Source: Candidatus Thorarchaeota archaeon
GTDB lineage: Archaea; Asgardarchaeota; Thorarchaeia; Thorarchaeales; Thorarchaeaceae
DNA length: 32,000 nt
Reading direction: 5' to 3'
Assembly: GCA_008080745.1 (NCBI GenBank)
Contig: SHMX01000003.1
Span: 90,001 to 122,000, forward strand
Below the pieces are notes generated by a model, which worked only from the letters and a program-made list of their open reading frames with translations, was not told the DNA's origin and searched no databases. The position numbers and the translations under genes are program-made. This document shows positions 24,411 through 32,000 of this stretch, piece after piece. The number at the start of each line of letters is the position of its first letter. The first letter of the stretch is position 1.

Positions 24411-25610
24411 ATGTATTTGAAAGTTACACGAGGAGACGGAAGACCCGTCGCAAAAAGAGAAGTCGAAATAGTAGAACGAAAAGGAAAGGGGCATCCAGAC
24501 ACATTATGTGACAAGGCTGCGGAAGAATTGTCAGTTCGTCTTAGTGAGTTTTACCTTGAAAAGTTTGGTAGAGTCATGCACCATAATGTAGACAAGGTAC
24601 TACTAGTTGGTGGACAGTCTAATGCTCAATTTGGAGGTGGAGACGTCATTGAACCAATCTACCTACTGCTCAGTGGAAGAGCAGTTGATGTTGTCGACAG
24701 AGATTATGAAAGACAAGTTCCTGTAGGAAAGTTCGCTGTTGAGCATACAAGACAATGGTTGAGTGAAGATTTACCCCATCTTGATGTTAATTCAGACCTA
24801 ATTGTTGATTACAAGATACGCGCAGGAAGTACAGATCTTGTGGGTAACTTTGATCAGGACATTGAAATACCCAAAGCAAACGATACTAGTTTTGGTGTCG
24901 CATATGGGCCCTACTCAGCAACTGAGAAAGTTGTTCTGGAATCAGAACTCTTGTTGAACTCAGATGCCATGAAGAAGAAATATCCCCAGATTGGTGAAGA
25001 CATCAAAGTCATGGGTACACGAGTCGGAAAGGATCTTCACATTCAGGTAGCAGCCGCTATCATTTCTACTGAAACAAAAGATGCTGATGAATATGCCAGT
25101 ATCATGCAAGCTATTAATGATGAGGTTTCTGACCTTGCTGTCAAATTAACAGACTTGAACATTAATGTTGCTGTCAACACTGCAGATGTAGCTGCTGAAG
25201 GACTCTATTATCTCACTGTAACTGGAACATCTGCAGAACACGGAGATGACGGACAGGTTGGTAGAGGAAATCGAGCTAATGGGCTAATCACACCCTATAG
25301 GCCAATGACTCTTGAGGCAGCAGCAGGCAAGAATCCTGTATCTCATGTTGGTAAGACCTACAATGTTGCAGCTAGAGAGATTGTTGAACGTGTTGTAAAA
25401 GAACATCCGGACATCCAACAAGTTTACTGCTATCTCGTTAGCCAAATTGGAGCTCCTATCACTGAACCACAAGCAGTTAATGTCGAACTCTATGGTGAAT
25501 GTGATATTGAAGAGATTAAGAAGTCAGTAGAGAGTATTTCAGAAGAAATTATTTCAAAGCTCCCCAAAGTTTGGGAGGGCTTCGTCAAGAGAGAATATCA
25601 GCTCTGGTAA
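24411..25610 (+). CDS. mat: S-adenosylmethionine synthetase, archaeal type
   Basis: EIVERKGKGHPDTLCD, HHNVDK, ANDTSFGV, GEDIKVMG, GTSAEHGDDGQVGRGNR and GKNPVSHVGK. SD GGTGA at 24401-24405 favours ATG 24411. Confidence 0.97.
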   Translation: MYLKVTRGDGRPVAKREVEIVERKGKGHPDTLCDKAAEELSVRLSEFYLEKFGRVMHHNVDKVLLVGGQSNAQFGGGDVIEPIYLLLSGRAVDVVDRDYERQVPVGKFAVEHTRQWLSEDLPHLDVNSDLIVDYKIRAGSTDLVGNFDQDIEIPKANDTSFGVAYGPYSATEKVVLESELLLNSDAMKKKYPQIGEDIKVMGTRVGKDLHIQVAAAIISTETKDADEYASIMQAINDEVSDLAVKLTDLNINVAVNTADVAAEGLYYLTVTGTSAEHGDDGQVGRGNRANGLITPYRPMTLEAAAGKNPVSHVGKTYNVAAREIVERVVKEHPDIQQVYCYLVSQIGAPITEPQAVNVELYGECDIEEIKKSVESISEEIISKLPKVWEGFVKREYQLW

Positions 25611-25617
25611 TACCTAG

Positions 25618-25650
25618 GCAAGGCACTTAGTGCCTTTGCTCTCTATTTTT
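25618..25650 (+). terminator. Hairpin plus U-rich tract after mat
   Basis: GCAAGGCAC-TTA-GTGCCTTTGC followed by TCTCTATTTTT. Confidence 0.6.
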
Positions 25651-25735
25651 ATACCAGATTTTCAGTATATCAGAGATTTTCAATCAGTAGGTACTACACC
25701 GATGAATAGCACCAATAATAGGAATCCGCAACTGT

Positions 25736-27352
25736 CTATTCTATCAAACGTTCAATAATGGATGTAAGCAGAGTCCTGAGTTCAGGTTTCAAATCTTTTC
25801 CATGACTAAGCTCTACAAGAGCAGTAGCACCATCCTTGTCCATTCTAAGAACTTCTATTGCATCTCCCATTTCATCAACGTGTGCCTGAAACTTAGCTCC
25901 TCCAGTTGCCTCCGGAATGGCAATTATGCCCATTTGAGCGCCTCCAGCGTCAAGCTGATCCTTCACTCTTTTAGCTGAATAATAAGCTGCCACCCCACCA
26001 CTGCGGTCCCAGTCTCGAACATTAGGTACATCAATACAGAGTTTGGTTTTGGAAGAGTCCTTAGTTACTTCGAGTACTGCCGATGAAGCACTGGAACTAT
26101 CATCTGCCTCGACAACAAGTCTAACCTCTGCACCAATCTCACGAGAGGCTTCCTGCAATCCTGCCATTATTGCTCCCAAGACAGTAGTTGAGGTAAGTTT
26201 AATGACATAATCTGGTTGTGGTTCTGGCTCAACAGGAGCTCTATCATATACAATCGAGTCGAGTTTTGGAATCAGTCGTTTGATTGCCTCACGAGGAACC
26301 CCCTGTGATTCAACAAAAACCTCATCCAAATCATCTTCGGTGAAGGGGAAAATAGGATCAGGTGGTGCAACTACGTTTTGTTGTTGCCAATAATCCTCCA
26401 TTGTTTTCTTTACAAATTCAACAACATCTTCCTTTGTGAAAGGTCTAAGATTAGCCGGAACCTCCATTCTTGAACGCATGGGCGCATCTGCAATGTTGTA
26501 GATACGGTCCCAAATTTCAGTCAAACATGAAGCGACAATGACCATATTCTTGCATTCATTGTACAATCGTTTTATGACCTCTAAGAAATGGCGCTCTCCC
26601 TCTTCACCATGAGTGTTGTAGGGACCCTCCATCTCATCAACAAATAAGAGAATTGGCTTATTATATCCCTCAGCTAATAAGCGAAGTGTGGCTAGAGTGA
26701 CGTCATCCTCTTCAAGAATGGTTCGCACCCCTAATTTTTCAATTTCTTCCTCACTCAATGAGTTACCAAATAGCCAACGTCTGGCAAGATGTTTCAAATC
26801 AGGATCTAACCGATATCTCAAAAGAACAGTCACTACATCAGCGGATATGCCAGGATATTCTCCTAAAAGTCGATCCATAGCATAAGAGAAGTCCATTTGT
26901 TCGTGGGTGGACCCCTTAACTCCACCAAATCGCGTTATCAACATGTCTACTGCTTTCTCAAAGATGTCATCACCAGCTTCATCCACAAGACAAGCATGGA
27001 AATGTAATGGAACTCTTACTGGTGCCGGTGGGGATGGAACATAAACTGCAAGATATCCTTGATGCCCAACTTCATCTTCTTGGTCTTTGAGTACCCAGAA
27101 TAAGTGAGTCTTTCCGAGACCTGCACTACCAAGAACTGGTTGAAATCGTGTGCGGTTATCTTTCAGTGTAAATCGAATAGCTCTCTCAATTGCTCTGTCA
27201 GCATTCTGATGCGGACCTACAATATCAATCTCATCACGAGTATCACCTCGTGAAACATAGCTCTTCATTGGTAATTCTTCTTTGAGTATATCAAAGTAGA
27301 TTCCTTTCTCAAAATCATCCGAATGGTCGGCGCGTTCCTCCATCTCTCTCAT
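25736..27352 (-). CDS. Single-domain AAA+ (Cdc6/STAND-like) ATPase with uncharacterised C-terminal alpha/beta domain
   Basis: Walker A GSAGLGKT, Walker B LLFVDEME, arginine-finger-like MRSRM and sensor-2-like GVPRE. Confidence 0.85.
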   Translation of the reverse strand: MREMEERADHSDDFEKGIYFDILKEELPMKSYVSRGDTRDEIDIVGPHQNADRAIERAIRFTLKDNRTRFQPVLGSAGLGKTHLFWVLKDQEDEVGHQGYLAVYVPSPPAPVRVPLHFHACLVDEAGDDIFEKAVDMLITRFGGVKGSTHEQMDFSYAMDRLLGEYPGISADVVTVLLRYRLDPDLKHLARRWLFGNSLSEEEIEKLGVRTILEEDDVTLATLRLLAEGYNKPILLFVDEMEGPYNTHGEEGERHFLEVIKRLYNECKNMVIVASCLTEIWDRIYNIADAPMRSRMEVPANLRPFTKEDVVEFVKKTMEDYWQQQNVVAPPDPIFPFTEDDLDEVFVESQGVPREAIKRLIPKLDSIVYDRAPVEPEPQPDYVIKLTSTTVLGAIMAGLQEASREIGAEVRLVVEADDSSSASSAVLEVTKDSSKTKLCIDVPNVRDWDRSGGVAAYYSAKRVKDQLDAGGAQMGIIAIPEATGGAKFQAHVDEMGDAIEVLRMDKDGATALVELSHGKDLKPELRTLLTSIIERLIE

Positions 27353-27457
27353 CTCCAGAAACGTAGCTTTTGGTATACATGGAAGAATAAGAATCTTTCA
27401 GAAAAAGAATAGTGTCGATATCAGAATCATACCGACACAAAGTAAAGTTTTGAGAGT

Positions 27458-28354
27458 TCAAGATTTTAGTTCAACCTCATTCTCTTCAAGTTGCTTAAGA
27501 GCAGGTTTATTCTTACGTAACCAATTGGAACCAATAGCAGAGAACAACACGTAAGCGGGTATCACCACAAGCATTGCATGAAAGGGAATAAGAAAGACAC
27601 TGATAGCATCAAAATCGAGTCCAACACTCATGAAATAATCATACATCACAAACAGCGACAGAATTGTAGAAAATCCAGCAAATCCTTTCAGATAACTAGA
27701 ATATGATCTATATACGGGTTCGATTTCATACAGCTGTCCAGACTCTTTGGGAGGTAATTTATAATGTATAAGACCCGCATCTTCTAGAGCCCACCCAACA
27801 GACCATAGAGCAACAGTAATCGGTGTAGCAATCCCAGCTATACAGAAAATGTACGATATATTATAGAGGGGATTTATCCCACTAGTAAAGACATCATTGG
27901 TAAGAAACAATTGAGGGTCAAATAGATTGAGTAGAGTAGTAAGTAGACCTACCACTAACAAATAGACATAGACCAAACGCATAATCATTCTAGTTGTACT
28001 GAAACCGGAGATATTCATAGGTACGTAACCATCATTATACCCGCGTCTGAGTACTTTTTTAATTATCATAAACAATGGCGTCAATATCCGGGGGAAAATA
28101 AGAACCGCGAGAATACTTCCGCCTAAAGGAATGGCAATCCAAAAAATCAGATAGGTAATGGATGAATCCAGATTGAAGATAGGAACTATTCCAGCCGGGG
28201 CAAGACTACCGCTAGATAGTCCCACAGTCACTAGGGAAAGTTCCGCAATTGCAATGAACAGTAGAATGATTGCAGGGATATTCTTTGTCAAATAATTAAA
28301 ACCTCCAAGTCGCGACATCATAGAAGATGCACGATATAAAAAAATGGGATACAA
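27458..28354 (-). CDS. Polytopic membrane protein, unknown function
   Basis: About six hydrophobic segments. The start may lie a few codons downstream (MMSR at about 28322). Confidence 0.7.
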   Translation of the reverse strand: MYPIFLYRASSMMSRLGGFNYLTKNIPAIILLFIAIAELSLVTVGLSSGSLAPAGIVPIFNLDSSITYLIFWIAIPLGGSILAVLIFPRILTPLFMIIKKVLRRGYNDGYVPMNISGFSTTRMIMRLVYVYLLVVGLLTTLLNLFDPQLFLTNDVFTSGINPLYNISYIFCIAGIATPITVALWSVGWALEDAGLIHYKLPPKESGQLYEIEPVYRSYSSYLKGFAGFSTILSLFVMYDYFMSVGLDFDAISVFLIPFHAMLVVIPAYVLFSAIGSNWLRKNKPALKQLEENEVELKS

Positions 28355-28465
28355 TGCACAATAAATCTCTTGTTTATATCTACTTTCTTCAGGAAAAGAA
28401 ACAGTTAGAGGTCAACGACAAATAACTTTTTACTGATTCACGACAATAATGGCTAGGTGTAGAAA

Positions 28466-29179
28466 TTGGCACGTAGACCAACATTTCTAACAGTTTCATA
28501 TTCTGGTTCAGGCCTAGATACTATGGACCATGAAAAGCGTATGGTACACGAGAAAGATGTCAAATTCGATAACGAAGATGGCTCAATGGAAGTTACCGAT
28601 GTACGTCTTGTATGGTTCAAAAAACCATCGAGATGGGGTGGTGCAAAGAAATTTGGAGCACTCGCTGGTGCTATTGCTGGAGCTGCTATTCTTGAGGGGG
28701 TTGGAAGAGAAGTGGGAGGAATTGGCGGTAGAGCAATCCGTGGTGTCGGACGTGGGATTGGATATGCAGCTGTAGGTACAGCTATCTCTTCGTGGACTCG
28801 GGATTCATTTTACAACAAGGATTCAAATGGTAATACAGAAAGTATTGCAATCCCATTGATGGCAATTGCTACTGCGGAACAGAGTGGGAATAAACTTGTT
28901 GTAGATCTTAAAGCGGGTGGAAATATGATCTTTGAGTTTAAACAGAAGAAGGTCATTCCAAGTTTTAAGGCAAATATCACCCAAGCAATGCAAGTGGGTA
29001 AATGTCCTTATTGTGGCGCAAAAGCAGGAAATGCAGCTAGTTGTCCTCAATGCGGAGCTCCTATCGAAGGAGGCGGTGTGGGTGGAGAATCCGGCGGTGG
29101 CGGAGGTTTCTGTACCAACTGCGGTCAATCAATTCCAGCTGGTGCAAAATTCTGTGGTGGCTGCGGACAAAAAGCATAA
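28466..29179 (+). CDS. PH/GRAM-like domain split by a glycine-zipper segment, plus C-terminal double zinc ribbon
   Basis: GSMEVTDVRLVWFK and IAIPLMAIATAE (PH-like halves), a GxxxG-rich insert, and CPYC..CPQC and CTNC..CGGC knuckles. Confidence 0.7.
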   Translation: MARRPTFLTVSYSGSGLDTMDHEKRMVHEKDVKFDNEDGSMEVTDVRLVWFKKPSRWGGAKKFGALAGAIAGAAILEGVGREVGGIGGRAIRGVGRGIGYAAVGTAISSWTRDSFYNKDSNGNTESIAIPLMAIATAEQSGNKLVVDLKAGGNMIFEFKQKKVIPSFKANITQAMQVGKCPYCGAKAGNAASCPQCGAPIEGGGVGGESGGGGGFCTNCGQSIPAGAKFCGGCGQKA

Positions 29180-29180
29180 G

Positions 29181-29224
29181 ATAAGTTATGGGGTTCCGAC
29201 CCCATCTTATTCTCTTTTTTTTTT
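29181..29224 (+). terminator. Hairpin plus T10 tract
   Basis: ATAAG-tt-ATGGGGT-TCCG-ACCCCAT-CTTAT, then TCTC and ten T. Confidence 0.75.
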
Positions 29225-29281
29225 AATCTAATTCATAAATAGAGAGCGGAGAATGGTTCTATAAAAGAACCATTTCCTGTA

Positions 29282-30109
29282 CTAAAAACTTCGTGCTACC
29301 CTTCCAAGACCATTATAATCAACTGGACTGGTATCAAAGCCCTGTAGCTCTGCTAATGTTAGTAGATATGGAATCTGGTCTACCTCAATCATTATCCTTC
29401 TGGATAACTCAGTATCAAGAATTGATTCATCAATCTCAGAAAGAATCTCTTTCAGTTTCTTATAGGAGTAGAGTATCTTACTAACCTGATATGTAAACCG
29501 GAAATATGAACTATCCTCCTTCAGACTATCTTTTATCATGTCCTCAACCACCTTGGTCTTGCAATCCACACACTTGTTCATGATTTTCTTCATTTGGAGG
29601 GAGAAGACTAATGAATCAGATGGCATATTAGCGATTTCATTATGAGAAATCACATCAATTAGATTCATCTGATCAGAGAAAAGTTTCTCTATTCTTCCTT
29701 GCACAGCTTTACCAATTGAGAAGTCGTCATGTACTAAATAGATAGGCTTGCTGAGAAGTACATGCGTAATTAAGATGCTGAAATTTCGTATCGCATTTTT
29801 CCGTTTATCTCCAAAGGTATCAATCAGAGTACCAAAACTGATATCGGATTCCTCAAATGAGGTTGCAACAGTAGATTCGATTATAGTGGTTCTCTTCCGT
29901 TCCACTCGTAATTGTGAGGGATACTCGATACCCCTAACACGATATTCTTTGTCAATATACACAACGATTCCATGTTCCGGTTCTCCATGGATAGAGAGCA
30001 CCGTGGCTAGTCCTGAGGATTGAGATTGAACCTCACCTTCATTAACATCAATTCCAATGTTCTCTTGGCACTTTTTACAGTAAGCAAATACAGTTCTTTT
30101 TTCTGTCAC
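29282..30109 (-). CDS. CxxC...H..H putative metal-binding domain plus possible DENN-like alpha/beta domain
   Basis: YCKKC...IHGEPEHGIVVYIDKEYRVRG, then ITHVLLSKPIYLVHDD...RIEKLF. GTG 30109 has SD GAGGTGG overlapping the upstream stop; the ORF track start is 30139. Confidence 0.7.
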   Translation of the reverse strand: MTEKRTVFAYCKKCQENIGIDVNEGEVQSQSSGLATVLSIHGEPEHGIVVYIDKEYRVRGIEYPSQLRVERKRTTIIESTVATSFEESDISFGTLIDTFGDKRKNAIRNFSILITHVLLSKPIYLVHDDFSIGKAVQGRIEKLFSDQMNLIDVISHNEIANMPSDSLVFSLQMKKIMNKCVDCKTKVVEDMIKDSLKEDSSYFRFTYQVSKILYSYKKLKEILSEIDESILDTELSRRIMIEVDQIPYLLTLAELQGFDTSPVDYNGLGRVARSF

Positions 30110-30119
30110 TAATACCACC

Positions 30120-30785
30120 TCATTCACGAAGAATACCATATGTCATAGTCAAAAGTCCAACCATGCTGACAAGTGGTACAATAACAGCCAAGTGCGCAAT
30201 TGAATCAATCATCTCAGCAGTAATGAAAATAGTATATCCCACAAGAAGTATCAGAGTTCGGGTTCGGAAGGTAGGATCCTTTTCACGAAGGACTACAAGT
30301 AAAAGAATGCCGATATTAACAAACGACTCAAATATAATTACACCAAGTATTGCCATTGGCATTCTAAAATTCGAAGCACCATCAACGACACCTGTGAATT
30401 CGATTTCCAATGTCCCCAAAATAAATGCAGCATAGCCAGCCAAGAGCCACATTGCCGCCATAACCACCAGAATAATTTTCTGCTTAGTGGTTTCTCGGTA
30501 TTGAACACTCAGAGGATAGAGTAAGAAGCTACTGAAGAGCGCTGTAACTATCAAACCTAGACTCAGTCCAGCCTTCGATAGCAAAGCATCTTCGATACCT
30601 GCAGGTTCAAAAAAGCCTTTTGAGAAGTTTAGTAGCATGGAAACTGCAAATAGAAGAATAAAAATAACAAAGACTAGAGTTAAGGGATTTCTATTGGAAG
30701 CATATTTTTTTCCCACTGCAGCAGTGGCTATGAAAAGAGCTACAGCAGAAATGAGAGATATATAATGTATAAGTGCAAATGCCAT
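30120..30785 (-). CDS. Stand-alone seven-TM membrane protein (HisKA_7TM-like sensor module)
   Basis: Seven hydrophobic segments across 221 aa, a basic loop after TM1 (KKYASNRN), and no cytoplasmic output domain. Confidence 0.75.
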   Translation of the reverse strand: MAFALIHYISLISAVALFIATAAVGKKYASNRNPLTLVFVIFILLFAVSMLLNFSKGFFEPAGIEDALLSKAGLSLGLIVTALFSSFLLYPLSVQYRETTKQKIILVVMAAMWLLAGYAAFILGTLEIEFTGVVDGASNFRMPMAILGVIIFESFVNIGILLLVVLREKDPTFRTRTLILLVGYTIFITAEMIDSIAHLAVIVPLVSMVGLLTMTYGILRE

Positions 30786-30960
30786 ATTTATGACCCAACA
30801 TAAATATCATTCAACCAAACTATTAACCATTATGTGTCTGTTCTCCTTTTGATACCTTGAAGTCCTTCGTGAGATATTTTAAAAGTACTCGCGACACAGA
30901 AAACGTAGGTTGACCCTAGTATTCAACAGGGTCGTTGAACCAAGTCAGGAGACATAACAG

Positions 30961-31521
30961 ATGGGCAAAGTCAAAGACCCAATCGCTAAGCGCATTCGGA
31001 AGAAAGCTGCTAAAGATATCAAAGGTGGCTTCTTTGGGAAGATTACACACTATATCCCCGGATGGCACGGATATCAAGAGAAAGAAGAACGCCGAGCCGC
31101 TGATAAAGTACTTCGAGAGTTTATTGCAGATCAGCTTAGACTGGTCAAGCAGGATCTTGAGAAGCTTCAGATGATGGCTGTGGATTATGACCTAAGCAAG
31201 ACTTGGGAAACGTTCGATAGGATGCTAAATCTGTGCGATAAGATGGAATCATCAATTAGATATGCAGATTACGGCTATGCCGCTTGGGGAAGCAAAGAGA
31301 AAGTCAATGAAGGCGAGCTTGACAATATGTACGAGTTCGATGCTACACTGATTGAGGACATCGGTGCAATCAATGATGTTGCAGAAGAGTTCCTGGATCA
31401 GATGAACCAAGGGCAGTTCGACCAAGCTTGGAACTACACCTACCGAATGTGGCAGATCATGCAGCGTCTCGAAGAGAAATGGAATCAGAGAGAAGGCTAC
31501 ATGAAAGGTTATCAGGATTAA
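30961..31521 (+). CDS. Conserved helical hypothetical protein (IPGxxGYxxKExRRxADKxLR motif)
   Basis: Clean ORF with CAGGAG SD and a TATA-like TTTTAAAA at 30877-30884. The motif is recalled from prokaryotic hypothetical proteins. Confidence 0.8.
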   Translation: MGKVKDPIAKRIRKKAAKDIKGGFFGKITHYIPGWHGYQEKEERRAADKVLREFIADQLRLVKQDLEKLQMMAVDYDLSKTWETFDRMLNLCDKMESSIRYADYGYAAWGSKEKVNEGELDNMYEFDATLIEDIGAINDVAEEFLDQMNQGQFDQAWNYTYRMWQIMQRLEEKWNQREGYMKGYQD

Positions 31522-31525
31522 AGCT

Positions 31526-31566
31526 CTGGGGGTTTTCCCCCAGTTCTTTATCTTATTTTTATTTTC
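31526..31566 (+). terminator. Hairpin plus U-rich tract
   Basis: CTGGGGG-TTTT-CCCCCAG, then TTCTTTATCTTATTTTTATTTT. Confidence 0.75.
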
Positions 31567-31674
31567 TAATAACTAAACTATTCATACTAAATGGATATTG
31601 AAATCAAATCAACACAGCGTATCGATTTATTGTCACAAATAAATTCTTAATTTGAATTCCAAATTCGTTATCAC

Positions 31675-31986
31675 ATGAGCAATCCCATTGATGCCATCAA
31701 AACCACATGCATTGAGCTAATAGAAGCTCTAGAACAAGACTCCTGTCCGGATTTGAATAAATTCGCAATATCATTCTCAAAAGCTGTTGATCGAGCAATG
31801 GAGGCGTATAATGCAGGACAAATCTCGGTGGATATGTCAACTCTTCCAAGAGTTATGCATCAGTTTGCTACAGAGGAATTACCGAAGCTCTGTGCTGGAA
31901 ATTCAGATGATAGGAGAATAGCTAGAAAGCAATGTAAATTATTTCTAGTCACTATGGAAGAGTTAGTTCAGCCTGAAACAAAGTGA
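31675..31986 (+). CDS. Small helical hypothetical protein
   Basis: 103-aa ORF with amphipathic helical pattern after an AT-rich promoter-like region. Confidence 0.65.
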   Translation: MSNPIDAIKTTCIELIEALEQDSCPDLNKFAISFSKAVDRAMEAYNAGQISVDMSTLPRVMHQFATEELPKLCAGNSDDRRIARKQCKLFLVTMEELVQPETK

Positions 31987-32000
31987 ATTAACTTCTTTTA

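Noticed and set aside
25656-25682. Direct repeat AGATTTTCA x2
   Set aside because: Only two short AT-rich copies downstream of convergent genes; chance is plausible.
25736-27352. AAA+ ATPase as the partner of the CINP-like or SNAP-like proteins
   Set aside because: It has a single AAA module with a GxPR sensor-2 and no double-psi-barrel N domain, so it is not a Cdc48/NSF/SPATA5 type II ATPase.
30912-30939. H-type pseudoknot
   Set aside because: The strand order fits, but the loop that must cross the first 6-bp stem has zero nucleotides. It is treated as alternative helices instead.
1372-31174. Numerous 60-155 aa ORFs overlapping the long genes (e.g. 1372-1566, 8368-8727, 10625-10993, 11854-12321, 13793-14197, 17841-18206, 28932-29231)
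   Set aside because: Antisense or alternate-frame shadows of well-supported CDSs, without motifs or ribosome-binding sites.
31625-31665. Two adjacent inverted repeats (ATTTATT-N6-AATAAAT; AATTTG-N5-CAAATT)
   Set aside because: Almost pure A/T in an AT-rich region, so expected by chance. Worth revisiting only if conserved.
1-32000. CRISPR array, rRNA, transposase/integrase or prophage genes
   Set aside because: No regularly spaced 25-40 bp repeats, rRNA signature sequences or recombinase/transposase motifs were seen.

Overview
This is a gene-dense archaeal chromosomal segment with GGTGA/GGAGGTG ribosome-binding sites, many TTG/GTG starts, an archaeal-type TrpRS and an archaeal-type MAT. The gene content suggests an Asgard archaeon, possibly Thorarchaeia; this is inference. 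Housekeeping genes: alaX editing protein, trpS, mat, a CPA1/NhaP antiporter, a DUF47 protein and an XRE-CBS regulator. Signalling genes: two large PAS-array sensors (REC-6xPAS-histidine kinase and wHTH-7xPAS-GAF). No rRNA, tRNA, CRISPR array or transposase was found. Main leads: (1) a 218-aa protein that appears to combine signatures of eukaryotic CINP and C1orf109, the SPATA5 AAA+ cofactors, downstream of a Hel308/Ski2-like helicase with broken catalytic motifs; (2) an unannotated, promoter-led, four-hairpin RNA candidate at about 16385-16591 whose G-U pairs all favour the + strand; (3) a stand-alone 7TM protein translationally coupled to a CxxC/His plus DENN-like protein; (4) two convergent alpha-SNAP-like solenoid proteins, one with Ig-like appendages; (5) tandem YdjG-like zinc-ribbon membrane proteins with an operator-like inverted repeat; (6) a 15-bp-periodic repeat array between an HTH-CBS regulator and mat. 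All homology calls are by eye and from recalled family motifs; no search was run.
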